In this document: positions 38,299-46,807 of the stretch, in pieces
Layout of the letters: every line of letters begins with the position of its first letter
Position numbering within the stretch: position 1 is the first letter of the stretch
NCBI GenBank assembly: GCA_964496725.1
Contig: CAZCAS010000001.1
Coordinates: 1-49,295, forward strand
From: an uncultured Dehalococcoidales bacterium
GTDB taxonomy: Bacteria > Chloroflexota > Dehalococcoidia > Dehalococcoidales > E44-bin46
DNA length: 49,295 nucleotides
Direction: 5' to 3'
Translations under genes and position numbers: made by a program
The notes under the pieces: generated by a model
What the model saw: only the letters and a program-made list of their open reading frames with translations
Databases searched by the model: none
Told to the model about the DNA's origin: nothing

Positions 38299-39018
38299 AT
38301 GGAAGAGGCGGTAAGGATTGATAGACTTTCCTTCCGGTATCCAGATGGTCAGCAGGCACTGGCTGATGTCAACCTGACCATATACCAGGGGGAGGCAGTG
38401 GCATTCATTGGCCCCAATGGTGCTGGTAAATCTACCCTGCTTCTTCATCTGAATGGCATCCTGCGTAGTAACGGGATGGTGAAAGTATTCGATAGGCCGG
38501 TTGATGATAAAAACTTGAGGTGGGTTAGAAGCAAGGTGGGATTGGTATTCCAAAATCCTGATGACCAGTTGTTCTCCCCTACCGTCTTTGACGATGTTGC
38601 CTTTGGTCCGATAAACATGGGTTACTCCGAGACCGAGGTCAGGCAGCGCGTAACCAAAGCCCTTAACTGGGTAGGGATGGGTGGCTATGAGCAGCGCTCA
38701 CCGCATCACCTCAGTGTCGGTGAGAAGAAACGCATCGCCATAGCTACCGTCCTGTCAATGAACCCGGAGATTCTGGTACTTGATGAACCGACGAGCAACC
38801 TTGACCCACGGAGTAAGTGGTCTCTCCTCGACTTGCTCAAAGAGTTACCCATGGCTAAGATAGTTGCCGCCCATGACCTAGAGCTGGTTCGTGCTTTATG
38901 CTCTCGGACTATTGTTCTTGACCAGGGGCGGGTGATTGCCGATGATACTACTTCTCGTATCTTGGCGGATACATCTCTGCTTGCTGCCCACGGGCTCGCA
39001 TTTGGCGAGATGCTCTAG
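38299..39018 (+). CDS. cbiO: ECF transporter ATPase CbiO
   Basis: Walker A GPNGAGKST, ABC signature LSVGEKKR, and Walker B ILVLDEP. Confidence 0.9.
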   Translation: MEEAVRIDRLSFRYPDGQQALADVNLTIYQGEAVAFIGPNGAGKSTLLLHLNGILRSNGMVKVFDRPVDDKNLRWVRSKVGLVFQNPDDQLFSPTVFDDVAFGPINMGYSETEVRQRVTKALNWVGMGGYEQRSPHHLSVGEKKRIAIATVLSMNPEILVLDEPTSNLDPRSKWSLLDLLKELPMAKIVAAHDLELVRALCSRTIVLDQGRVIADDTTSRILADTSLLAAHGLAFGEML

Positions 39019-39887
39019 GGGAGTTTGAGTGCCTGCGGCTCAAGCTCAAGGCTGATGTCCAGGGTTTTGACGGAGTGGGTGAGGGCACCGATTGAGATAA
39101 CATCGACCCCGGTCATAGCTACCTTCCGGACATTGTCCAGGGTAATACCCCCTGAGGCCTCGGTCGTGACCCGACTTGGAATTGAGTCCACTACCTGGCG
39201 TATTTCCTCGGGGCTCATGTTATCCAGCATAAGGATATCAGCCCCAGCCTCGGCAGCTTCCATGGCTTCCTGGATAGTGGTGACCTCAATCTCAACCGTT
39301 GCCTCTTGAATGGCATTCTGTTTAGCCTTAGCGATAATACCTGTTATCTTCATACCCAGGGCGCGCAGGGCGGTCAGGTGGTTGTCCTTAATCAAGATGC
39401 CATCGCCCAGATGGAGGCGGTGGTTGTGTCCCCCGCCAGTGCGCACCGCATACTTCTCCAGCAACCTGAGTCCGGGGGTGGTTTTGCGGGTGTCGGTGAT
39501 TTTTGCCTTGAGCCCCTTGATTTCGGCCACATATCGGGCTGTCTGGGTGGCGATACCGCTGAGCCTCTGGAGGAAGTTGAGCGCTGTCCGCTCAGCTTTG
39601 AGAATGCTTATCACCTTGCCGGAGACGGTGGCTAATATGTTGCCTGGTTTAACCCTGGCCCCATCTTTAATGAGCACTTCGACCTTAAGCGATGGGTCAA
39701 CCTTAAGGAATACCCGCCTGGCCACCTCACTCCCGGCGATTATCCCCTCCCCTTTAGCCAGTATGGATGCCTTCCCCTCAAGCTGGGGCGGTATCAGTCC
39801 CTCGCTGGTGATATCACCGTGGCTGATATCCTCGGCCAGAGCGAGGCCGATAATGCTATCAATCTGTTCATCGGATAGATTGCTCAT
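39015..39887 (-). CDS. nadC: Nicotinate-nucleotide diphosphorylase (quinolinate phosphoribosyltransferase)
   Basis: 290 aa with typical N-terminal [12 protein letters not shown] and a TIM-barrel C-terminal region (MLDNM, ASGGIT). Confidence 0.92.
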   Translation of the reverse strand: MSNLSDEQIDSIIGLALAEDISHGDITSEGLIPPQLEGKASILAKGEGIIAGSEVARRVFLKVDPSLKVEVLIKDGARVKPGNILATVSGKVISILKAERTALNFLQRLSGIATQTARYVAEIKGLKAKITDTRKTTPGLRLLEKYAVRTGGGHNHRLHLGDGILIKDNHLTALRALGMKITGIIAKAKQNAIQEATVEIEVTTIQEAMEAAEAGADILMLDNMSPEEIRQVVDSIPSRVTTEASGGITLDNVRKVAMTGVDVISIGALTHSVKTLDISLELEPQALKLP

Positions 39888-41131
39888 TTAACTAACTCGC
39901 CTTGCAGTGACCAGGGGCTGGGCTTATCAATTCTAATATTTACCAGTCGCCCCAGGCAATCGGTGCTGTCAATGAAGAATACCAGCTTATCGGTTCGGGT
40001 GCGACCCTGCCACTTACCCTTTTTCTTCCCCTCTACCAGCACCTCAACCGTCTTGCCCAATAGCTGGCGGTTGATTTCGGTAGCGGTATTCTCCTGTAGC
40101 TGCTCAATCATGTTCAAGCGCTCCTGTTTTTCTGCCATAGGGACGTTATCCTCGAATTCCCTGGAGGCAATGGTCCCCGACCTTGGTGAGTAGACTGCGA
40201 CATGAACGGTATCAAACCTCAGCTCGGAGAGTAGGTTGAAGGTATCCTGGAACTGCTCCTTTGTTTCCGAGGGGAAGCCGACGATGACATCGGTGCTCAG
40301 GGCTACCCCCGCTATCTTGTTGCGTATCTGTCCAATCAGGTGGCGGTAGTTTTCTGCGGTGTAGCCTCGCCTCATTGCTTGCAGGATATCATTGTTGCCT
40401 GATTGAACGGGGAGGCTTATATGCTCGCAGACCTTATCCAGACGAGCTATCGCCTCAATGAGCTGTGGGCTCATGTCCTTGGGGTGGTTGGTCAGGAAGC
40501 GGATACGGGCCAGCCCGGCTATAGTATTAAGCTGGCATAACAGGTCGGCCAGGCTTGGCTGGTGGGGCAGGTCATGCCCGTATGAGTCCACATTTTGCCC
40601 CAGCAGGGTGACCTCTTTTGTCCCGCGTTGTACCAACTCTCTAACCTCGCAGACTATTTCGGCTACGGGACGGCTCCTTTCCCGACCCCGGCGGTAGGGA
40701 ACGATGCAGTAGGTGCAGAAGTTATCGCAACCTTGGATGATGGGCACGAAGGTGGTGGGCGAGGGGTGTAGGGGTGTTATGGTATGAAATCCGTCCTCTG
40801 TTTCCAGCCAGGGCGGGCATTCTCCCGGCTTGAAGAAATAGTCAACCTGGGGCAGGCTTGTCCTGAGCTGGTCAACCCTGGAGTTTACCAGACAGCCGGT
40901 AACGGCAATGGTTAGCTGTGGGCGTGACCCTTTTAACTGTTTGAGGGCGTTAATCTTATTGAGGACTTTGTTCTCAGCATGCTGGCGAACCACGCAGCTA
41001 TTAACCACAATTAGGTCGGCCTCATCGGCGGCTGTAGCCTGATATCCGTGTTGCTCCAGATAGCTGCCGAGTCGCTCCGATTCTGCCTTGTTCATCTGGC
41101 AGCCTATAGTCCAGATATAATATTGAGGCAT
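39884..41131 (-). CDS. miaB: tRNA methylthiotransferase (MiaB-like radical SAM)
   Basis: UPF0004 N-terminal domain ([15 protein letters not shown]), radical [11 protein letters not shown], and a C-terminal TRAM domain. Confidence 0.87.
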   Translation of the reverse strand: MPQYYIWTIGCQMNKAESERLGSYLEQHGYQATAADEADLIVVNSCVVRQHAENKVLNKINALKQLKGSRPQLTIAVTGCLVNSRVDQLRTSLPQVDYFFKPGECPPWLETEDGFHTITPLHPSPTTFVPIIQGCDNFCTYCIVPYRRGRERSRPVAEIVCEVRELVQRGTKEVTLLGQNVDSYGHDLPHQPSLADLLCQLNTIAGLARIRFLTNHPKDMSPQLIEAIARLDKVCEHISLPVQSGNNDILQAMRRGYTAENYRHLIGQIRNKIAGVALSTDVIVGFPSETKEQFQDTFNLLSELRFDTVHVAVYSPRSGTIASREFEDNVPMAEKQERLNMIEQLQENTATEINRQLLGKTVEVLVEGKKKGKWQGRTRTDKLVFFIDSTDCLGRLVNIRIDKPSPWSLQGELVK

Positions 41132-41139
41132 GATTTCTC

Positions 41140-41169
41140 CTGATATTAAAATAGGCCCCTTACAGGGGC
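41140..41169 (-). terminator. Possible intrinsic terminator after tRNA-Ser
   Basis: On the minus strand, a GCCCCT-gta-AGGGGC hairpin (41169-41155) is followed by CTATTTTAATAT. The T-run is weak and the miaB start codon is only about 9 nt further on. Confidence 0.3.
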
Positions 41170-41182
41170 GCGTTACATCTTT

Positions 41183-41274
41183 TGGCGGAGGGGGAGGGAT
41201 TCGAACCCTCGTCCCCGGTTTCCCAGGGAAAGCGCTTAGCAGGCGCCCGCACTAGACCACTATGCGACCCCTCC
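41183..41274 (-). tRNA. tRNA-Ser (anticodon GCU)
   Basis: Hand-folded from the reverse complement. Acceptor GGAGGGG/CCCCTCC, anticodon loop CTGCTAA, long variable arm, T-arm GAGGG-TTCGAAT-CCCTC. CCA is encoded. Confidence 0.9.
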
Positions 41275-41367
41275 CCATTTCTGCGAGCCAATGGTGATTT
41301 GGACATCATATTGTAGCATGTTTGCCGTATTTTATAAATGCGCTGGCTATGCTAATATGAGTCATAT

Positions 41368-41838
41368 ATGGAGATTGATGTCTTAATTGATGAGGGGATT
41401 AAGGGATGCCCTGAGCCGAGGTGGCTGCGGATGGTAGCTGAGCAGGTCCTGGTGGCTCAGGATGTCGATTCTACTGTGGAGATGAGTTTGGTTATCGCCA
41501 CCGGGGAGAGGGTGCGGGAGCTGAATCGAATCTATTTAGGGAGAGACAGGCCCACCGACGTAATCGCCTTTTACATGCTGGGTGGCGAAGAAGACCGTAC
41601 CTCTTTTGTTCCGCCCCCTGACGGAGTGCAGCATCTCGGAGAGGTGATTATTTCCTATCCCCAGGCGCAGGTACAGGCTGAGGAGCATGGGCATTCTATG
41701 GAAAGAGAGCTGACCATCCTCATCATTCACGGTGTGCTTCATCTGCTGGGGTATGGGGATGAGAAGCCGGAGCTTAAGCGCGTCATGTCGGCGAGGGAGA
41801 AGGAGATGCTGAGCCATATTGAAGAGGGAAAGGATTGA
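41368..41838 (+). CDS. ybeY: rRNA maturation endoribonuclease YbeY
   Basis: Zinc motif HGVLHLLGYGD, 156 aa. Confidence 0.9.
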   Translation: MEIDVLIDEGIKGCPEPRWLRMVAEQVLVAQDVDSTVEMSLVIATGERVRELNRIYLGRDRPTDVIAFYMLGGEEDRTSFVPPPDGVQHLGEVIISYPQAQVQAEEHGHSMERELTILIIHGVLHLLGYGDEKPELKRVMSAREKEMLSHIEEGKD

Positions 41839-42419
41839 AAGTACTTGGCATTGCCGGTAGCCCGCGGCGGGGTGGCAATACCGACCTATTGCTGGCTGAG
41901 GTTATGAAAGGTGCTGCCAGCAAGAGGGCTGAAGTCAAGACCATCGTCCTTAACGACCTCGATATCACCCCCTGCCAGCACTGTGATGCCTGTCTGAAGA
42001 AGGGCGAGTGTCGGATAAAGGATGATATGCAGATGGTTTACCGTGAGCTTGAGGAGGCAGACCGTATAGTTTTGGCTTCCCCTCTCCAGTTTTTGGGTCC
42101 CTCAGCTCAGACGAAGGCTATGATTGACCGTTGTCAGGCACGGTGGGCGAGGAAATACGTGCTTAAAATGCCGCCACTGGGCGATAATCGGGAGAGAAAG
42201 GGGCTATTTATCTCCGTTGGCGGGCTAAAGCTGGCTGATATGTTTGAGCCGTCACTGGCTATAGTCAGGGCTTGGTTCAAGGTGCTAAATATCGCTTACC
42301 TTGGAGCACTAACATTCCCGGGGGTAGATGGGAGGGGGGCTATAGCCAAACACCCCGATGCCTTGAGGCAGGCGTTCCTTGCCGGGCAGAAGCTGGTGGA
42401 GGGTGCTAAAAATGAATAA
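41835..42419 (+). CDS. Iron-sulfur flavoprotein / NADPH-dependent FMN reductase family protein
   Basis: Flavodoxin-like GIAGSPRRGGNT, plus the compact cluster motif CQHCDACLKKGEC (CxxCxxCx5C) as in archaeal Isf proteins. The TTG start overlaps the ybeY stop. Confidence 0.8.
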   Translation: MKVLGIAGSPRRGGNTDLLLAEVMKGAASKRAEVKTIVLNDLDITPCQHCDACLKKGECRIKDDMQMVYRELEEADRIVLASPLQFLGPSAQTKAMIDRCQARWARKYVLKMPPLGDNRERKGLFISVGGLKLADMFEPSLAIVRAWFKVLNIAYLGALTFPGVDGRGAIAKHPDALRQAFLAGQKLVEGAKNE

Positions 42420-42580
42420 TCAAGATTAATGCGAAGCATTACGGAGCTGACCTTATCATTATGGCGAGCCATGGTCGGTCCGGTGTCAGCAGGTGGACTC
42501 ATGGCAGTGTCGCCGATAAGGTTTTCAGAGCCAGTAGCATCCCGGTTTTGATGGTGAGAGCACCAGTCGGCAAGTCTTGA
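42416..42580 (+). pseudogene. C-terminal remnant of a universal stress protein (UspA family)
   Basis: The open frame encodes only ..KHYGADLIIMASHGRSGVSRWTHGSVADKVFRASSIPVLMVRAPVGKS*. This matches the USP C-terminal ATP-binding region (G-2x-G-9x-G(S/T)). A TGA lies immediately upstream in frame (42413-42415), and the N-terminal ~100 aa are absent. Confidence 0.6.
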
Positions 42581-42618
42581 GGGTGAAGGGATTAACCAGG
42601 CGAGCTCCTTGTCTCTAT

Positions 42619-42909
42619 TCAGAAGCGACTTTGTGGCTCCAGTCGTCTCATAACCTCGTTTTGCTCTAAGCCCCTGATGGCAATTAGCTTTCTCTTGCTG
42701 GTCATACCCTTTTCAATGGTCAGGCTGGACTTGCTTATCCCTAGGGTATCGCTGAGGAATTTGAGCAGCTCCTGATTGGCTTTCCCCTTTATGGGGGGTG
42801 CGGCGATCTTCAGGTAACACACCCCTTGCTCAAAGCGCGTTACCTTGTTTTGGCTGGCGTTAGGCTGGACTTGAATGGTAATGGTGGCTTGCTCTTCTTT
42901 CACCCTCAT
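42619..42909 (-). CDS. DUF167 (YggU) family protein
   Basis: 96 aa with the family-typical VQPNASQNKV...IAAPPIKGKANQELLKFLS...KRKLIAI pattern. Confidence 0.85.
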   Translation of the reverse strand: MRVKEEQATITIQVQPNASQNKVTRFEQGVCYLKIAAPPIKGKANQELLKFLSDTLGISKSSLTIEKGMTSKRKLIAIRGLEQNEVMRRLEPQSRF

Positions 42910-42918
42910 ATCCCCCTG

Positions 42919-43869
42919 CTATCGGGCGACTCCAGTAAGCTCGGCTATGTCCTCTATTCCCTCTTTTTTCATAAATTGCTCCAGTCCTTCGAGGACATCA
43001 AGGTGGACGCGAGGGTTGGTGAAGCCGGCGACGCCTACCTGGATGGCGCTGGCGCCAGCCATGATGAACTCTATGGCATCGCTGGCGGTGGTGATGCCGC
43101 CACAGCCGATAACCGGTATTTCCACCGCTTTGGCTATCTCATATACCATATATAGTGCCACTGGTTTGATTGCTGGTCCGGAGAGCCCTCCGGTTATGTT
43201 GCCCAGCAGGGGTTTGCGACGGGGGATATCAATGACCATGCCCTTTATGGTGTTTATGGCTGAGATGGCATCGGCTCCAGCTTCAGCCACACATACGGCG
43301 GTTTCGGCTATATCGCTGGTGTGTGGGGTTAACTTGACTAGTACTGGCAGAGAGGTGGCTCTTTTGACGGCTGCGGTTACCTCGGCAGCCAGCCCGGGCT
43401 CACTGCCAAACTCAATGCCGCCAGCCTTTAGGTTAGGGCAGCCGATGTTTACTTCGATAGCACTGACTCCGGCTGCCCTGTCAAGCTTACTTGCCAGTTG
43501 GGCGTAATGGTCAGCGGTTTCGCCGGCGATATTGACGATAACCGGCACCTGCCAACCTGCCCATATTGGTGCCTTTTCCTTGAGCAAAGCGTCAACGCCG
43601 ATGTTCTGCATCCCGATGGAATTGAGTACGCCGCAGGCTGTTTCGGCAACCCTGGGCTGAGGATTGCCCTCCCTGGGTTCCAGGGTGGTTCCTTTGCATA
43701 CAATAGCCCCTAGCCTTTGGATATCAAAAAGGCAGCTATACTCGGTCCCATAGCCAAAGGTGCCTGAAGCCGTCATCACGGGATTGGCTAGTAACAAGCC
43801 CGATTTATGTTTTGGTGCTAATTGAACTGAGAGGTTCGTAGCCAGCTCCTTATGCCGGTTTATGTGCAT
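42919..43869 (-). CDS. pyrD: Dihydroorotate dehydrogenase (class 1-type catalytic subunit)
   Basis: 316 aa TIM-barrel FMN enzyme with the motifs NPVMTASGTFGYG, IEVNIGCPN and GCGGITTASDAIEF. No pyrK-like partner is adjacent. Confidence 0.9.
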   Translation of the reverse strand: MHINRHKELATNLSVQLAPKHKSGLLLANPVMTASGTFGYGTEYSCLFDIQRLGAIVCKGTTLEPREGNPQPRVAETACGVLNSIGMQNIGVDALLKEKAPIWAGWQVPVIVNIAGETADHYAQLASKLDRAAGVSAIEVNIGCPNLKAGGIEFGSEPGLAAEVTAAVKRATSLPVLVKLTPHTSDIAETAVCVAEAGADAISAINTIKGMVIDIPRRKPLLGNITGGLSGPAIKPVALYMVYEIAKAVEIPVIGCGGITTASDAIEFIMAGASAIQVGVAGFTNPRVHLDVLEGLEQFMKKEGIEDIAELTGVAR

Positions 43870-44046
43870 TATAGGCTATGGGTGGTGGTGTAGCAACTTC
43901 TCCCTTGCGAGGGTTGACAGGCCTTGAGGAAGCATTTGAGCCTTAGGCATTGAGCACGCAATAGAGGATCGGCGTCTGGTGTTTTACTTTTCCGTATCAA
44001 AACTGCTGGCGTGGCAAAGCACCTTGCCTCTTAGGGCAAACTAGCA

Positions 44047-44346
44047 TTATCTTCTCGGTCTGGCTTTGTTGTAACAATCTCTGCAGTACACCGGTCTGTC
44101 TTCGCGGGGCTGGAACGGTACTTCGGTCTCTTTGCCGCATTCAGCGCATACCGCTGGGAACATCTGGCGCTGAGAGCTGTAGGCACCGTTTCCATAGCGC
44201 TCTGACTTCCTTGCCTGGCGGCATGATGGACAGCGCTTCGGCTCATTGGTGTATCCCTTAGATTGGAAGAAACGCTGTTCCTCAGCAGTGAAAGTGAAGC
44301 TGTTGCCGCAGTCTGAGCACTGCAAGGACTTGTCCTGAAAATCCAT
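44047..44346 (-). CDS. Zinc-ribbon protein with four CxxC pairs (CxxC-x17-19-CxxC, duplicated)
   Basis: 99 aa with CSDC...CPSC and CAEC...CRDC. GGAGGG lies 5 nt before the ATG. Confidence 0.7.
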   Translation of the reverse strand: MDFQDKSLQCSDCGNSFTFTAEEQRFFQSKGYTNEPKRCPSCRQARKSERYGNGAYSSQRQMFPAVCAECGKETEVPFQPREDRPVYCRDCYNKARPRR

Positions 44347-44479
44347 GGATGCCCTCCTCTATTTATTCGGTAGCTAGAGTTAGGTCATCCACCATTCAGA
44401 GAATCTGTGCCGATTCACAGGACATCAAGGAGCCCTGATTTAACCAAGTGTGTAGCGACCTGAACTGAAACTACGGCAC

Positions 44480-45139
44480 TTAGCATATGCGACAGTGATT
44501 GCCTTTGTCAACTCTATCTGTGGTTAATTTATTGGGGGTAGCCCTGATGAAGAGGAGAGGGAACACTATATCGCTGGTACAGCAGGGGAGCCAGACGGCA
44601 AGGAATAAGAATGCGAAAATAATGGGAAGTATAACCCAGCTTACTGTCGCGCCCAGTGCCATAATGATGTGGAATAGTGATGCCCAGGTGCTTAACAGCA
44701 CATGTCCATAGTGGGGGAGCTTGGTGGTGGGTTTCCGATAGGCAATGGCAATGCCCACAAATGCAGCCGGGATGGTCAGCAACGGTTCTTCAATAAAGCC
44801 GATGTGAATCCCCCTGTTTCCCAGACCGAGGAGGGTTTCTCCCAGATAGGGGATTATGGAGTCGCTCAGGGTAGCTATGCCCACAGAGCCAAAGTAGCCG
44901 ATTAAAATTGCTCTCCACGTTCTGCTGGTGCTGTATTTTCTATATATAGCTGTGGTCACCAGGGCGCTCAAGGCGATGTGGGTGGGGTGCAGGATGTAGA
45001 AAACGGTGTAGGAAGCCTGTGAAACCTGGGGGAGGGTGTTACCGAAGACTATTATCAGCATGATGGCGATGCCGGTAGCGGCACCAGTGGCGGTGAATGG
45101 GGCATGATGTCTTAGCTCTTCGGCTATTCGTCTGAGCAT
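44480..45139 (-). CDS. Uncharacterised 6-TM membrane protein with His/Cys-rich motifs (candidate metal transporter)
   Basis: 219 aa with about six hydrophobic helices. Motifs RHHAPF, HPTH, HIGFIEEP, PHYGH, LPCC and a C-terminal HCRIC. The start lies 36 nt downstream of the Fur paralog stop on the same strand. Confidence 0.65.
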   Translation of the reverse strand: MLRRIAEELRHHAPFTATGAATGIAIMLIIVFGNTLPQVSQASYTVFYILHPTHIALSALVTTAIYRKYSTSRTWRAILIGYFGSVGIATLSDSIIPYLGETLLGLGNRGIHIGFIEEPLLTIPAAFVGIAIAYRKPTTKLPHYGHVLLSTWASLFHIIMALGATVSWVILPIIFAFLFLAVWLPCCTSDIVFPLLFIRATPNKLTTDRVDKGNHCRIC

Positions 45140-45175
45140 TTTCCCTGCACCTGATGACAGAAAATAACTACCGTA

Positions 45176-45604
45176 TTACTCTTTCCGGCAGGCTTGACAG
45201 AGACCAGTGAATTCAAGCAGGTTGTCTTCGATGGCGAAGCCAGTCTCACGGGACAGCCTCCGTTCCAATTCGCTAAAGTCATAGCCGCTGAAGTCAACGA
45301 CCTTCCCGCAGTTTGAGCATATCAGGTGGTGGTGGCGCTCTGAGTCGGCGGCGGTGTAACTGCGGCAGCTGCCTCCAGCGTGCAACTCGCAGATAAGTCC
45401 CAGCTTGGTGAGGAGGGCCAGGGTTCGATAAATGGTTACCAGCCCGATATCGGGGTGCTCCTGGCGCACCTTCTCGTATATATCAGCAGGGGTAAGATGG
45501 TCCGGGCTGGAGGAGATTGCCTGAATCACCGCCCAGCGCTGGGGGGTGAACTTATGGCCGTGCCGTCTCAGTGTGGCGCCTATCTTTTTCTCTGAGAATC
45601 TCAT
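45176..45604 (-). CDS. Fur-family metalloregulator (paralog 2)
   Basis: FTPQR winged-helix motif, HHHLICSNCG, and C-terminal CQAC. I prefer the ATG at 45604; the ORF-track TTG at 45616 is possible. Confidence 0.88.
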   Translation of the reverse strand: MRFSEKKIGATLRRHGHKFTPQRWAVIQAISSSPDHLTPADIYEKVRQEHPDIGLVTIYRTLALLTKLGLICELHAGGSCRSYTAADSERHHHLICSNCGKVVDFSGYDFSELERRLSRETGFAIEDNLLEFTGLCQACRKE

Positions 45605-45627
45605 TTCAGCCTGCAAATGAAAAATAT

Positions 45628-45642
45628 TATCATTTAATGATA
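45628..45642. promoter_or_regulatory. Fur box, perfect 7-1-7 inverted repeat TATCATT-T-AATGATA
   Basis: Read directly. It fits the classical Fur 7-1-7 architecture (TGATAAT-n-ATTATCA type). It overlaps the predicted -10 of the Fur paralog 2 promoter, 24 nt upstream of the ATG. Confidence 0.6.
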
Positions 45643-45666
45643 CAGAGGGTCAGTCCTTGCTGTCAA
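45637..45666 (-). promoter_or_regulatory. Sigma70-like promoter of the fur2-membrane protein operon (TTGACA-18 nt-TATCAT)
   Basis: On the minus strand, -35 TTGACA is at 45666-45661 and -10 TATCAT at 45642-45637. Confidence 0.5.
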
Positions 45667-45684
45667 ATTTTCGCCCACTCTCTT

Positions 45685-45714
45685 TTGAGGCGCTGATTTT
45701 GGCTGTGCTATAAT
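45685..45714 (+). promoter_or_regulatory. Sigma70-like promoter for prfA (TTGAGG-18 nt-TATAAT)
   Basis: -35 TTGAGG at 45685-45690 and a perfect TATAAT at 45709-45714. GGGGGT SD lies before the GTG start. Confidence 0.45.
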
Positions 45715-45736
45715 TATCTGACTAGGGGGTATAACC

Positions 45737-46807
45737 GTGTTTAACCAGCTTGAGAAGATAGAGAAGCGTTACCATGAGCTAGAGCAGCAGATGGCTAATC
45801 CCGAAATAGCATCTGACCTGCACAGGTTACAGGCGCTGGCTCAGGAGAAAGCCGGTATTGAGGATGTGGTGGCCAAGTACGGTGAGTATAAAGTCGCCTC
45901 TAGGTCGCTGGAGGAGACAAAGGCGATGTTGGATGAGGAGCTGGATGAGGATATGGTGGCTTTGGCTAAGCAGGAGATAGAGAGCCTGGAGTCGAAGCTA
46001 GACCGACTGACTGAGGAGCTAAAATTGGCCCTGTTGCCCAAGGACCCCAATGACGAAAAAGACATTATCATGGAGATTCGGGCTGGGGCTGGTGGTGATG
46101 AAGCCGGGCTATTTGCCGCTGACCTCTTCCGTATGTACACCCGGTATGCCCAGTCTAAGGGCTGGGGTGTTGATGTGATTAGTGCTAATGAAAGCGGCAT
46201 TGGTAGCTATAAGGAAATCATCTTTGAGATAAAGGGCAAAGGCGCTTTCAGCCGATTGAAGTATGAGAGGGGGGTTCATCGGGTGCAGCGGGTGCCTGCT
46301 ACTGAGACGGTGGGTAGGATTCATACCTCGACGGCCACAGTGGCTGTTCTTCCCGAGGCGGATGAGGTGGAGGTATCTATCGATCCTGACGACCTGAAAA
46401 TTGATACCTTCCGCAGCCACGGGGCGGGGGGGCAGCATGTGGATAAGGTGTCCTCCGCTGTCCGCATCACCCATTTGCCTACAGGCATCGTGGCTTCCTG
46501 CCAGGACGAGCGTTCACAGCGCAGTAATAAGGTGAAAGCGATGGCGTTGCTCCGAGCTCGACTGCTGGATATTGAGCAGCGTCAGAAGGAAGAGGAAGAG
46601 GCCAGAGAGCGTCGTTCTCAGGTAGGCACTGGTCACCGTTCTGAGAAGATAAGAACATATAATTTTCATCAAGACCGCGTTTCCGACCACCGTATTAACC
46701 TGACCATCCGTAACCTTCCCCGAATCCTGGAGGGAGACCTGGATGGAATTATCGATGCCCTGACGGCTAGCGACCAGATGAAACAGTTGGAGGGGCGGGC
46801 GGAATGA
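45737..46807 (+). CDS. prfA: Peptide chain release factor 1
   Basis: PAT tripeptide anticodon (VPATETVGRIHTS) and GGQ motif (HGAGGQHVDKV). GTG start. Confidence 0.95.
   Translation: MFNQLEKIEKRYHELEQQMANPEIASDLHRLQALAQEKAGIEDVVAKYGEYKVASRSLEETKAMLDEELDEDMVALAKQEIESLESKLDRLTEELKLALLPKDPNDEKDIIMEIRAGAGGDEAGLFAADLFRMYTRYAQSKGWGVDVISANESGIGSYKEIIFEIKGKGAFSRLKYERGVHRVQRVPATETVGRIHTSTATVAVLPEADEVEVSIDPDDLKIDTFRSHGAGGQHVDKVSSAVRITHLPTGIVASCQDERSQRSNKVKAMALLRARLLDIEQRQKEEEEARERRSQVGTGHRSEKIRTYNFHQDRVSDHRINLTIRNLPRILEGDLDGIIDALTASDQMKQLEGRAE

Noticed and set aside
39310-39891. 193-aa plus-strand ORF (and 39025-39309, 39306-39635) antisense to nadC
   Set aside because: nadC on the minus strand is clearly real. 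The antisense ORFs have Ser/Arg/Leu/Pro-rich shadow-frame composition and no motifs.
42875-43507. 210-aa plus-strand ORF antisense to pyrD
   Set aside because: It is a shadow ORF of the well-supported pyrD gene, and its Ala/Ser/Pro-rich composition shows no domain features.
43870-44046. Alternative hairpins (TTGCC-ctaaga-GGCAA / GGCAA-ggtgct-TTGCC on the minus strand) after the zinc-ribbon gene, as a terminator or pyr attenuator
   Set aside because: The stems are only 5 bp and the T-run (CAGCAGTTTT) is weak and displaced. No PyrR-binding-loop consensus was recognised, so this is too weak to annotate.
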